This document shows positions 38,755-47,378 of a stretch of DNA of 64,000 nucleotides, piece by piece. This stretch comes from Candidatus Binatia bacterium (GTDB taxonomy: Bacteria; Desulfobacterota; Binatia; Bin18). Position numbers and translations under genes: made by a program. The DNA lies in assembly GCA_963664395.2 (NCBI GenBank), contig OY761159.2:2112001-2176000 (forward strand). Reading direction: 5' to 3'. Under the pieces are notes generated by a model, which worked only from the letters and a program-made list of their open reading frames with translations, was not told where the DNA came from and did not search any database. Within the stretch, counting starts at the first letter, position 1. Every line of letters begins with the position of its first letter.

Positions 38755-39160
38755 CTGGATTCCTGCTTCCGCAGGAATGACGAACTTTCGCAGGGACGGA
38801 CTTTTGCAGGAATGACGGAAAGCGGAGAGAGATGCAACAGGAATTCATGGGCAGGGCCATAGAGCTCTCGTGAGTCCATATGCGGGCAGGGGGAGACCGG
38901 CCATGCGGGGCGGTCATCGTCAAGGCCGGAGACATTATTTCAGAGGGATATGTGGCATTTCGGAAACGCCATCTTGCGGGTTGACGGACTGACTATTTTG
39001 GAGTGAAATCGAACTCCCATTGGGCCACACGCTTGTGACTCGATCAGCCCGAAGGCCAGTGCCGATAAGACGCAGGCCGATGTGGTCGTATTCGCGATGA
39101 TGCTTTTCCAATTCAGCGGACACCTCGAAACACCACGTTAAATTTTGTCGGGTCAGCGAC

Positions 39161-39675
39161 ATGCCAATCAGATCAATCAAACTGTTGTTTGCGGTAATCG
39201 TCGGCTGTCTCCTCTCTTCTTGCTCCCTGACACCAAATCAAAATCCCCCGATTCTCGAAGCAGTGACGGAGTTACCCGACGAGTTTGCCGAAGGTGAAGT
39301 TGCCGGCTCATACGAGCCGCTGGAGTGGTGGAAGGCGTTCGCCGACCCGGTTCTCGACCAGGTAATCGAAGCGGTGCTGGCCTCGAACTTCGACCTGGCC
39401 GAGGCGGTCGCCCGGGTCGACTAGGCCAGGGCGCGGGAGCGTATCGTCAAAGCCCCGGCGTTTCCGCTGCTTCAGCCTTCGCTTGGTATCACCGACACGG
39501 ATACCCCCACCAATGCGGGTATCGCCGCCCACCTGGACGAATTGGGGGTGGGTTCCGACGTATACCGCGATTTTGGCATCAAGCTCCCCGACCGGATCGG
39601 CCTGACGACCTACAGCCTGGGTCTTGACATCTCCTACGAACTTGACCTCTGGGGGCGCAATCGCAACGACGCGCG
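39161..39675 (+). pseudogene. NodT/OprM-type efflux outer-membrane lipoprotein, 5' fragment with an amber stop
   Basis: Lipobox LSSC, WWKAFADPVLDQVIEAVLASNFDL..A.ARV, TAG at 39422-39424, frame continues to SYELDLWGR then ends. Confidence 0.8.
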
Positions 39676-39880
39676 CGCCGCCGACCTCTGGCCCCAGGTA
39701 CGAGCCCAGGTGCGGACATACCGCGTCGGCCACGCAGACACGGCCTGCTTCGTCGCACCAAGCGACGATTTCCTCGCCCAGCCACGTCTTCTCGATCAGT
39801 TTCTCTCGCAGAATGGACGCGCGGCTTATGACGAAATACCACCCCTCGGGGAACGCTGGCAACTCATCCATGCTATTCAT
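39672..39880 (-). pseudogene. Rieske oxygenase N-terminal fragment
   Basis: FPEGWYFV...WLGEEIVAW...DAVCPHLGS; the second Rieske C-x-x-H ligand pair is missing, and the rest of the ORF is the antisense of the efflux gene. Confidence 0.8.
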
Positions 39881-39996
39881 GGACAGTCTTTTGGTGCTCC
39901 TCGTCTGGTAGGTCGGATGAGCGTAGCGTAATCCGACAGCCCCTATGCGTGTCCAACCTCCCCGTCTGAAGTCAAAGCAGGTCCGGCGGGCAATGT

Positions 39997-41295
39997 CTAA
40001 GGGAAGGGAATGTAGGAGATGTTCGGCTGTGGGAGCGGCGCGCCTATCGCCGCCGCAAAATCCGCGTCGGAGATGTGAACGAGGAACGGCGCGGCTTGGC
40101 CGGGATCAATCGGAAATCTCGGTTTAGGGTTCGGAATCGCAAACGCTGGCGTACCAAGCTGTCCCCCCTTATCAACCACGGCTGCAAAGCCACAGACATA
40201 GGTTGCATTGACATGGTCCGCACCATAGTGACCGAACAGCGCATATGAAAGGATGCCTGCACGGCGACGAAGGTGCGGCAGCATCAGATCTGCCGCCGTG
40301 ATGTCCTGGAACTGTACGGCTATAAAGCTTGGGCGATGGCCGGAGAATTGGGACGCGGCTTTACGCATCGCATCCAGCCAAGGCTTCGACGTGTCGTCCT
40401 CGCGTTCGCAGCGCATGACGACGAAGCACCCTCCAGTTTCCGTTAAACCGCCTGCAATATGGGAGTTTGGGCCGAAGGCATCTTCGCAGAAACGGCAGAA
40501 TGCGCGTTCGTCGTTGCACGGTGCCGCGCCGAGGCACTCGTTATAGTCCCGTCGCTCAATACGGAATCCAGCCCTGCGCATGCTGGACGGAGCATTGGCT
40601 TCAAGCATACCTGCGGTTGCACGGCGAAGCTCTGCCTGTTTAGAGATGTTGGACGGAAGCCTCTTCTTAAGAGTAATCACCAGTATCTCCTGCCGCTCCA
40701 AGTCGGCGTGCGCTTCGAGCTGCGGGGAAAGTGCTTGGATGAAGCGATAAAAGTCTTTACGGTGTATGTGGCGCCCTGCATCAGCGGACAGACTCTTACA
40801 CTCAACCTCGCCGACGAAGCCGTTGCGACTGAACTCGATGTCGTAGTTCGCAGAGCATTCCAGATCAGGGAAACGAACTTCGTACCCCTCCGCCATGAGC
40901 CTGAGCGCCAGACCCACTTCAAGATAAAGTGCGGCAAAGCCAGATTCGGCCTTCAACCCGTCGCGTAGCCGACCTTCTAGTTGTCTCTGGGCGTCTTCAG
41001 GGAGTCGCGCATTGATCTCGACCATCGCACCAGCAAATTGCAGCGCCACCAAGGCAAGTTGGTCCACGCGCTCAGGAAGAAGCCGCCTTTCTTTGGCAAG
41101 AACGTCTGCCTGATGGCTGAGCGCCATCTCTAACCAATGATAATCTGAGACTATTTTCCAAAGATAAGGCGAGCTTTTCTGCTCTGCGTCTAGCTGTTCG
41201 ACGCGCCTATACCAGCGGTCCGGGTCTACTAGACGGAAGAAGAGCGGTATGTACGGCGCAAGCCGCTCCAGGTCAGAAAAAACATTGAATCGCAT
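39997..41295 (-). CDS. Hypothetical protein with a possible PD-(D/E)xK nuclease-like motif
   Basis: 432-aa ORF with GGAG RBS; YDIEF...EVECKS; bounded by direct REP copies. Confidence 0.6.
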   Translation of the reverse strand: MRFNVFSDLERLAPYIPLFFRLVDPDRWYRRVEQLDAEQKSSPYLWKIVSDYHWLEMALSHQADVLAKERRLLPERVDQLALVALQFAGAMVEINARLPEDAQRQLEGRLRDGLKAESGFAALYLEVGLALRLMAEGYEVRFPDLECSANYDIEFSRNGFVGEVECKSLSADAGRHIHRKDFYRFIQALSPQLEAHADLERQEILVITLKKRLPSNISKQAELRRATAGMLEANAPSSMRRAGFRIERRDYNECLGAAPCNDERAFCRFCEDAFGPNSHIAGGLTETGGCFVVMRCEREDDTSKPWLDAMRKAASQFSGHRPSFIAVQFQDITAADLMLPHLRRRAGILSYALFGHYGADHVNATYVCGFAAVVDKGGQLGTPAFAIPNPKPRFPIDPGQAAPFLVHISDADFAAAIGAPLPQPNISYIPFP

Positions 41296-41395
41296 CTGAA
41301 CCTTTCTACTCCCTCCATCTATACACTGCTAGCAGTCCCGTAGGTCGGATTAGCGCAGCGTAATCCGACATTCCCGGCTAATCGCAGTATTCTCC

Positions 41396-41632
41396 TCACG
41401 CCTCTTCATCTTCCATTTCGGTTTCCAGTAATTCCTCTTGTTCTTCGAGACGCACCTGGAGGGTGCTCAGCGCTTCAAACACGGCACTGACCGCTTCCTG
41501 AAAGTCATCCTCGGCACTGACCACTCCGGCTGCCACACGTTCTTCACAATCCCGACTCACTTCTGCAATGGACAGTTTGGCCGACTTCACCAGACCGATC
41601 CATTGACCGATAATCGCAAGGGCGTCTTCCAT
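41396..41632 (-). CDS. Small acidic hypothetical protein
   Basis: AGGAGG RBS upstream; 78 aa, helical and acidic. Confidence 0.6.
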   Translation of the reverse strand: MEDALAIIGQWIGLVKSAKLSIAEVSRDCEERVAAGVVSAEDDFQEAVSAVFEALSTLQVRLEEQEELLETEMEDEEA

Positions 41633-41762
41633 CCGATCTGCCTCCTTTCTGCCTTCTAATGAGTAAACATGCCGACTTCTGTATATCTGTTGAGGACATG
41701 TTTACTCATTCCCATCCCCTGGTAGACTGGAGGCTCTCACATCTACAGGAAAGGGGAACAGT

Positions 41763-42965
41763 ATGCGACAGGTTGCAGTCGTTGGAGCGGGGATGACGCG
41801 CTTTGGCAAACATATGGATCGCAGCATGAAGGATTTGGCCCGGGAGGCGGTTGAGGGGGCCGTGCAATCGGCAGGGGTCAGCACGCACGATATCGAGGCC
41901 GCGGCCGTTGGGAATGCGGTGGCCGGCCTGATTACCGGACAGGAGTGTATCCGGGGTCAGGTCGTGCTGCGCGAGCTCGGCATTGGCGGCATCCCGGTCA
42001 TTAATACCGAAAACGCGTGTGCCAGCTCTTCCACCGCTTTTCATCTGGCCTGGCTCTACGTCGCGTCCGGGATGTATGACGTTGTGCTCGCGCTCGGGAT
42101 GGAAAAGCTCTTTCATCCGGATAAGCAACGGACGTTTGAGGCGATAGGCAGCGCCATCGATCTTGAGCAGGCCGAGTCGTTTGCCAGAGAGATGAGCGGC
42201 GAGCAAAGCGCGGGGGCCGGTCAGTCCCGCAGCGTTTTTATGGATTATTATGCCAACCTCGCCCGCCAGCATATGCAGCGCTACGGCACGACACAGAAAC
42301 AGTTTGCTCGCATCGCCGCCAAGAATCATACCAACGGGAGTTTGAACCCGCATGCCCAGTATCAAACCCGGCGCTCGGTCGAAGATGTTCTTGCCGCGCC
42401 ACTCATTGCGGACCCACTCACCCGCATGATGTGTTCGCCCATTGGCGACGGCGCGGCCGCGGTCCTGGTGACCACAGCCGACAAAGCCCGCCAACTCACC
42501 TCCCGGCCCGTCTATGTCAAGGCTTCAACCCTGGGTTCAAGCAAGGAACACGCAGCCGATTCTCCCGGCATCGTCCCGTCAGTCGCCCACAAGGCATACG
42601 AGCAAGCCGGGCTTGGGCCGGAGGATCTCCAGGTTGTCGAGGCTCACGACGCGACCGCGCCGGCCGAACTCCTGGTGTATGAGGAGCTGGGCCTGTGCCA
42701 AGCCGGCGAGGGCGGAAAATTTATTGACGAGGGCGTGACACAGCTTGGTGGCCGCTGCCCGGTCAATCCCAGCGGCGGTCTCTTGGCCAAGGGGCATCCG
42801 GTCGGCGCGACCGGTGTTGCCCAGATCTGTGAAATATTCTGGCAGCTCCGGGGCGAGGCGGGTGAGCGTCAGGTCGCGGGTGCCAAGGTCGGCCTGACCG
42901 AAAACGGCGGTGGCGTGCTTGGGGGCGAAAACGCGGCAGCGTCCATCCACGTGTTTAGCGTCTGA
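41763..42965 (+). CDS. SCP2-type thiolase-family protein
   Basis: ENACASSS, CSPIGDGAAA, EAHDA, NPSGGLLAKGHPVGATG. Confidence 0.92.
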   Translation: MRQVAVVGAGMTRFGKHMDRSMKDLAREAVEGAVQSAGVSTHDIEAAAVGNAVAGLITGQECIRGQVVLRELGIGGIPVINTENACASSSTAFHLAWLYVASGMYDVVLALGMEKLFHPDKQRTFEAIGSAIDLEQAESFAREMSGEQSAGAGQSRSVFMDYYANLARQHMQRYGTTQKQFARIAAKNHTNGSLNPHAQYQTRRSVEDVLAAPLIADPLTRMMCSPIGDGAAAVLVTTADKARQLTSRPVYVKASTLGSSKEHAADSPGIVPSVAHKAYEQAGLGPEDLQVVEAHDATAPAELLVYEELGLCQAGEGGKFIDEGVTQLGGRCPVNPSGGLLAKGHPVGATGVAQICEIFWQLRGEAGERQVAGAKVGLTENGGGVLGGENAAASIHVFSV

Positions 42966-42978
42966 TCTCCAGAACCAG

Positions 42979-43086
42979 AAAAAGAAAAGGCCCGCAGGAT
43001 AAAGGAGGGGAAACCTGCGGGCCTTAAATCATCGTCAGGACGGGGAGGACCTGACGATGATGTCTTGAACGATGTTCAAGAGAACG
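42979..43086 (-). ncRNA. Candidate three-hairpin small RNA with C-rich (anti-SD) loops, ending in an intrinsic terminator
   Basis: Perfect stems at 43063-43081, 43028-43061 (loop UCCUCCCCGU) and 42987-43025 (loop UUUCCCCUCCUUUAU), then a U-tract; promoter directly upstream. Confidence 0.6.
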
Positions 43087-43092
43087 GGGAGG

Positions 43093-43121
43093 AATATAGC
43101 CCAGGTGTCCGGCTTTCACAA
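43093..43121 (-). promoter_or_regulatory. Sigma70-like promoter TTGTGA-N17-TATATT with an AT-rich upstream tract
   Basis: -35 at 43121-43116, -10 at 43098-43093, spacer counted as 17 nt; 43130-43175 is very AT-rich. Confidence 0.6.
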
Positions 43122-43186
43122 GATAAGTTACACTGAATTAAATTTGTTTTATTTATTAGCAATACTTAAAAATAATCGGCTCGGTC

Positions 43187-44473
43187 TCAGAACAGGATTT
43201 GGGTCTGGACCCGCAGGCGATCGGCACTCGTGCTCCCCTCCACAAACGGTTCCCCATCCAGAAAACTGTAATCCACCTGGAGTTTGACGTGGTGGCCGTA
43301 CAGATAGTAGTTGACCCCTCCTGTATATTCCCGTACATCCCCGGCCGTTCGGGGGTTATTGGCGAACTGAAAGTCCACCCCGGAGACGCGGCCAGCGATT
43401 TCCAGTTTTTCCGTGAGATAGTAACCAATCTGGCCGTAGTAGCCCCAGTCATGGCCCACCTCGTTCAGGGCTTCGAGATTATTGCGACGGTAATAGCCTG
43501 CGGCCTGGACACTGAAACCCTGATAGCGGAAGCCGCCGTCAACGGTGACGTTGGTCGTGCGGTCGCCGGGCATCACGTTCTGAAAGCGGGAGGCCTGCTC
43601 GACCGGGTTAAAGGCCGCCGCAACTCCAATTGAAAGCTGTGGTGTGGCAGCCGGGGTCGGGGAGCTTTCCAGATAACCGTAGGGCTCAAGGAGGTCGTAT
43701 TCCAAACGCCCTTGCCAGGCGACTTCTGCGCCGGCGTTCTGCTGGCCGCCCGCATCCAGTGCCCGAATACTGTTGGTGACCAGCCCGTGGTAGGACAGCC
43801 GACCCACTTTCCCGCTCAGATGCAAGCCGATCGCCCGGTGCAAATTAAAGGCATAATCCGCTGCGGACAGGTCTGGGAACAGCAGATGGCCAGGGTGGGC
43901 GTAGAACTGACGGCTATAGGGCAGGAGAAAGCGACCGGCCTGCGCCCTCAGGTATGGGGAATGGCGGTACTGCATCCACCAGTCGAGCAGGGTCGATCGG
44001 TTGCTGTTGCCAAAGGTGGTCGCTTCGTACTGGAAGAAATACTTCACCTTGGGATCAAACACATTCCCGGAAAACGCCAAGTGTGCCAGGGCCACGTCGA
44101 AATTATTGCGGCTTCTGCCCGTATCCGGGGCGGTCAGCGTATAGCGAGCCTGCAGGAACCCGTTCAGGCTGAGCGAGTAGCGCCCATCTTGACTGCGAAT
44201 GAAAAAGCCATTGTCATACACATCTTCCGCCGCCAAGCCTTGCTTGCGCGTTCCAGCCGTATAACCAAAATCAACTCCGTGCCCGGTCCGTTCCTTCTCC
44301 TTTGCTTCCAGCTCCCGCATACGGCGTTCCAGGGCCTGCATGACCTTGTGCTGCTCGGCGAGTTGCTGGCGTAACTCGCCGAGCTCGTCGGCCAGCCCTG
44401 GGGTCGTCAGGGTGCTGAGAACAAGGCCGGTAATCAGACGGGCCCGGGCGACAAAACCTCCTCTGACTCTCAT
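43187..44473 (-). CDS. OprO/OprP-like outer-membrane porin
   Basis: Signal peptide, N-terminal coiled coil, GFFIRS...LQARY, GVNYY..GH..KLQVDY, terminal Phe; start at ATG 44473. Confidence 0.8.
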   Translation of the reverse strand: MRVRGGFVARARLITGLVLSTLTTPGLADELGELRQQLAEQHKVMQALERRMRELEAKEKERTGHGVDFGYTAGTRKQGLAAEDVYDNGFFIRSQDGRYSLSLNGFLQARYTLTAPDTGRSRNNFDVALAHLAFSGNVFDPKVKYFFQYEATTFGNSNRSTLLDWWMQYRHSPYLRAQAGRFLLPYSRQFYAHPGHLLFPDLSAADYAFNLHRAIGLHLSGKVGRLSYHGLVTNSIRALDAGGQQNAGAEVAWQGRLEYDLLEPYGYLESSPTPAATPQLSIGVAAAFNPVEQASRFQNVMPGDRTTNVTVDGGFRYQGFSVQAAGYYRRNNLEALNEVGHDWGYYGQIGYYLTEKLEIAGRVSGVDFQFANNPRTAGDVREYTGGVNYYLYGHHVKLQVDYSFLDGEPFVEGSTSADRLRVQTQILF

Positions 44474-44730
44474 ATCCGTACTCCCTCCTTCCTCTCGACG
44501 CTGAGGCGACCGTGAGAGCTTGATGCAAAACGGTGCCGGGGGATAAAAATGCGGGCGGGCCGCTCCTATGGGCTCCCAGCCGCGTTGGGGATGACAGGCG
44601 CCGTCCAGCCGCGGAGAGCGCATAATGACGTAATCTATGACACAGTATGGGAGTGATAGCTACAAGACCTTCAGCGCCGGAGTCGGCCCGCCCGAAAAGA
44701 CCCGCAGGGGTAAGGGAGGGGAAACCTGCG

Positions 44731-44800
44731 AGCCTTTTTGTCTCTTTTCAGAAGAGAAAATAGCCCTGGGCGAGGGGCAGGACCTGAGCCGGTTCGCAGG
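44731..44800 (+). repeat. 70-bp direct repeat (partner at 50493-50562) flanking czcCBA
   Basis: AGCCTTTTTGTCTCTTTTCAGAAGAGAAAATA..C..TGGGCGAGGGGCAGGACCTGAGCCGGTTCGCAGG at both sites, differing at about 2 positions. Confidence 0.9.
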
Positions 44801-44993
44801 CGTATTTCTGTATCTTGGCGCTAGTAGTCTGCTGCCGGCCGCCCATGATGCGAGCCATTCCCGTCTGCCGCCTTTGGCGACCCTGGCCGGAGTGGCGTTT
44901 ATTTATGGCGCCCAGTCTTTGGCGCCGCACTAACATCGTGCTGCCGAAAGCGGTTGCGTTCGTGCGCCTCTCAGTTATTCTGCCCAGACGCTC

Positions 44994-46409
44994 ATGACGG
45001 ATATGCGACACATTCCGACACGTCTCTCTCGCCGCTTGATCCGCTTTGGCGTTATCGGGCTCAGCCTTTGCCTACTGCTTGGGCTTCCGAGCTGCGCCGT
45101 CGCCCCTCTTGCTGACAGCACCCTTGAACCACGCCGCTTAGGCCGAGAATTACCACCGGCTCACGCCTCCCCTGAATCAGAATCGGCGCCTCCTGCCTTC
45201 ACCGAACCTACCGGCGGCCTGACGCTCCGCGCCACGCTTGCGGCGGCCTTACTCAACAGCCCGGCGCTGGCCGCCTTTTCCTGGGAGGCGCGCGCCCGAG
45301 AAGCCAGAGCCATACAGGCCGGCCGGCCCCCGAATCCAGTACTCGAGCTTAAAGTGGAAGAGTTTGGCGGCGGTGGCGACCGCACGGCGTTTGATGGTGC
45401 AGACACCACCGTCCGGCTCGGCCAATTGTTTGAACTCGGCGGCAAGCGGGCAAAACGTCAGCGGGTGGCAACGCTCGAACGGGACTTGGCGGCCTGGGAT
45501 TACGAAACCCACCGGCTCAATGTTCTCACCACCGTTGCCAAAGCGTTTGTCGCGGTGCTTGCGACGCAGAGGCGAGTCAGCCTGGCGGAAGAACAGCTGG
45601 GAATGGCAGAAGAAGCCCTCCAAACCGTAGCCGTTCAGATCAAGGCCGGGGCAGTATCGATAGCGGAAGAGGCCCGCGCACGGGTCGCGTTAGCGCGTAG
45701 CCAGGTTGACCTTGCACGACGCAAACGGGAACAGACTGCTGCCCAGCTTCGGCTGGCCGCAACCTGGGGCAGTACGACCGTTACGTTCTCGGCGGTTACC
45801 GGCGACTTGGAGAGCATTATCCCGCCTCCATCTGCTGACGATCTCCTCCCGCATCTCAGCCACAACCCGGACGTTGCCCGTTGGGGCGTAGAAAAAGAAC
45901 AGCACCACGCCGTTCTCGAGCTAGAGCAGGCGCGCCAGATTCCCGACGTCGAGGTGGATGCAGGCGTGCGGTACATTAACGCAGACAAGACTGCCGCTCT
46001 GGTCTTTGAGGCCAACGTGCCGCTCATGCTGTTTGATCAGAATCGAGGCGGTATACAAGAAGCTTCTGCCCGTCTGGCGAAGGTCAACGCGGAACAACGC
46101 GCGGCTGAGGTCCAAATTCGGGTCGCTTTGGCTGCCGCCCATCAATCGCTCTTCTCCGCCTTCGAGCAAGTCACCGCCCTGCGAGATACTATCATTCCTC
46201 AAGCCCGCTCCGCCTTTGAGGAAGTGAACCGAGCATATCGGCGCGGGGGGCTTCGTTATAGGGACGTCTTAGATGTCTGGCAGACGCTTTTTGAACTGCG
46301 CGGACAATATGTCGAGGCTCTCGCCAGCTACCACACCGCGGCGGCGGACGTGGAACGCCTGATTGCCGAGCCGCTTGATGCACTCGACCACATAGACGAG
46401 ACTGACTGA
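44994..46409 (+). CDS. czcC: CzcC-like TolC-family outer-membrane channel
   Basis: Lipoprotein signal, AG..PNP.L, Q.FELGGKR..R, PL.LFDQNRGGI. Confidence 0.85.
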   Translation: MTDMRHIPTRLSRRLIRFGVIGLSLCLLLGLPSCAVAPLADSTLEPRRLGRELPPAHASPESESAPPAFTEPTGGLTLRATLAAALLNSPALAAFSWEARAREARAIQAGRPPNPVLELKVEEFGGGGDRTAFDGADTTVRLGQLFELGGKRAKRQRVATLERDLAAWDYETHRLNVLTTVAKAFVAVLATQRRVSLAEEQLGMAEEALQTVAVQIKAGAVSIAEEARARVALARSQVDLARRKREQTAAQLRLAATWGSTTVTFSAVTGDLESIIPPPSADDLLPHLSHNPDVARWGVEKEQHHAVLELEQARQIPDVEVDAGVRYINADKTAALVFEANVPLMLFDQNRGGIQEASARLAKVNAEQRAAEVQIRVALAAAHQSLFSAFEQVTALRDTIIPQARSAFEEVNRAYRRGGLRYRDVLDVWQTLFELRGQYVEALASYHTAAADVERLIAEPLDALDHIDETD

Positions 46410-46410
46410 T

Positions 46411-47364
46411 ATGAAGGCCGACGCCCCGTATAGTTCAGTGCTGCTCGTGCTTGGCGCTCTGCTGCTTACGCTCTTGTTTGCCCGTCAGGAAGCACAGGGC
46501 CTCGCACCTGACGATCACGCTGCGGAGCAGGAACACGATGAAGGTCTTGTGCAGCTCTCCCCTGAAGAACTCACAGAATTCGGTATCGAAATCGATCGCG
46601 CCCAGCCAGGAACGATTACACGTACGGTTGAGACGCCAGGCGAAGTGCGGCTGAACGGAGAACAGCTGGCGCATATCGTCCCGCGCTTTTCCGGCATCGC
46701 AACCGCCGTCTATAAAAAGACCGGCGATACGGTTCGCGCCGGTGAAGTCCTCGCGATTGTCGAAAGTAGCCACAGCTTGGCCTCGTATGACCTCAAAACA
46801 CTCATAGCGGGAACCGTCATTGAGAGACATATTACACCCGGCGAGGCAGTCACCCGAGAGACGCAGGCGTTTGTGATTGCCAGCCTGACAAGCGTGTGGG
46901 TCAATCTGAGCGTGTACCAGAAAGACCTCCCGGCCGTTCATGTCGGCCAGCCAGTACGGCTGTCAATGGGTCATGCATTGCCCGAAACGGACGGAAAAAT
47001 CTCGTACGTCTCACCGATAGTCGATAAGGAAACGCGTACGGCGACCGCACGGGTAGTCCTGTCTAACCCCCAGAAACGCTGGCGGCCTGGCATGTTTGTT
47101 ACCGGCCGGATCGTCGTGGAACGCACGAAAGTGCCGCTGGCCGTGCCCCGCACGGCACTCCAGACAATAGCCGACCAGACCGTGGTGTTTGTCGAAACGG
47201 ACGAGGGTTTTCAACCGCGAGCCGTGACGACCGGACGCGCCGATGACGATCTGGTGGAAATCCGGATGGGTCTGGCGCCAGGCGAGCGCTACGTCAGCCG
47301 TGGAGGCTTCACACTGAAAGCGGAACTGTCCCGTGAGCAGTTCGGCGACGGCCACGGTCACTAA
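46411..47364 (+). CDS. czcB: CzcB-like RND membrane fusion protein
   Basis: His-rich N-terminus, ETRTATARV.L.NP...WRPGMFV, C-terminal HGH. Confidence 0.88.
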   Translation: MKADAPYSSVLLVLGALLLTLLFARQEAQGLAPDDHAAEQEHDEGLVQLSPEELTEFGIEIDRAQPGTITRTVETPGEVRLNGEQLAHIVPRFSGIATAVYKKTGDTVRAGEVLAIVESSHSLASYDLKTLIAGTVIERHITPGEAVTRETQAFVIASLTSVWVNLSVYQKDLPAVHVGQPVRLSMGHALPETDGKISYVSPIVDKETRTATARVVLSNPQKRWRPGMFVTGRIVVERTKVPLAVPRTALQTIADQTVVFVETDEGFQPRAVTTGRADDDLVEIRMGLAPGERYVSRGGFTLKAELSREQFGDGHGH

Positions 47365-47378
47365 GAGGACGGGCTAGT

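Noticed and set aside
38935-39180. 81-aa minus-strand ORF
   Set aside because: No motif, overlaps the start of the efflux pseudogene, and no function can be supported.
36661-41370. REP copies as a CRISPR array or integron attC sites
   Set aside because: Spacing is irregular (hundreds to over 1000 nt), orientations are mixed, there are no cas or intI genes, and no RYYYAAC/GTTRRRY ends were seen.
44524-44539. Sigma54 promoter upstream of the porin gene (CCGGCACCGTTTTGCA on the minus strand)
   Set aside because: The GG to GC spacing is 9 nt rather than the required 10.
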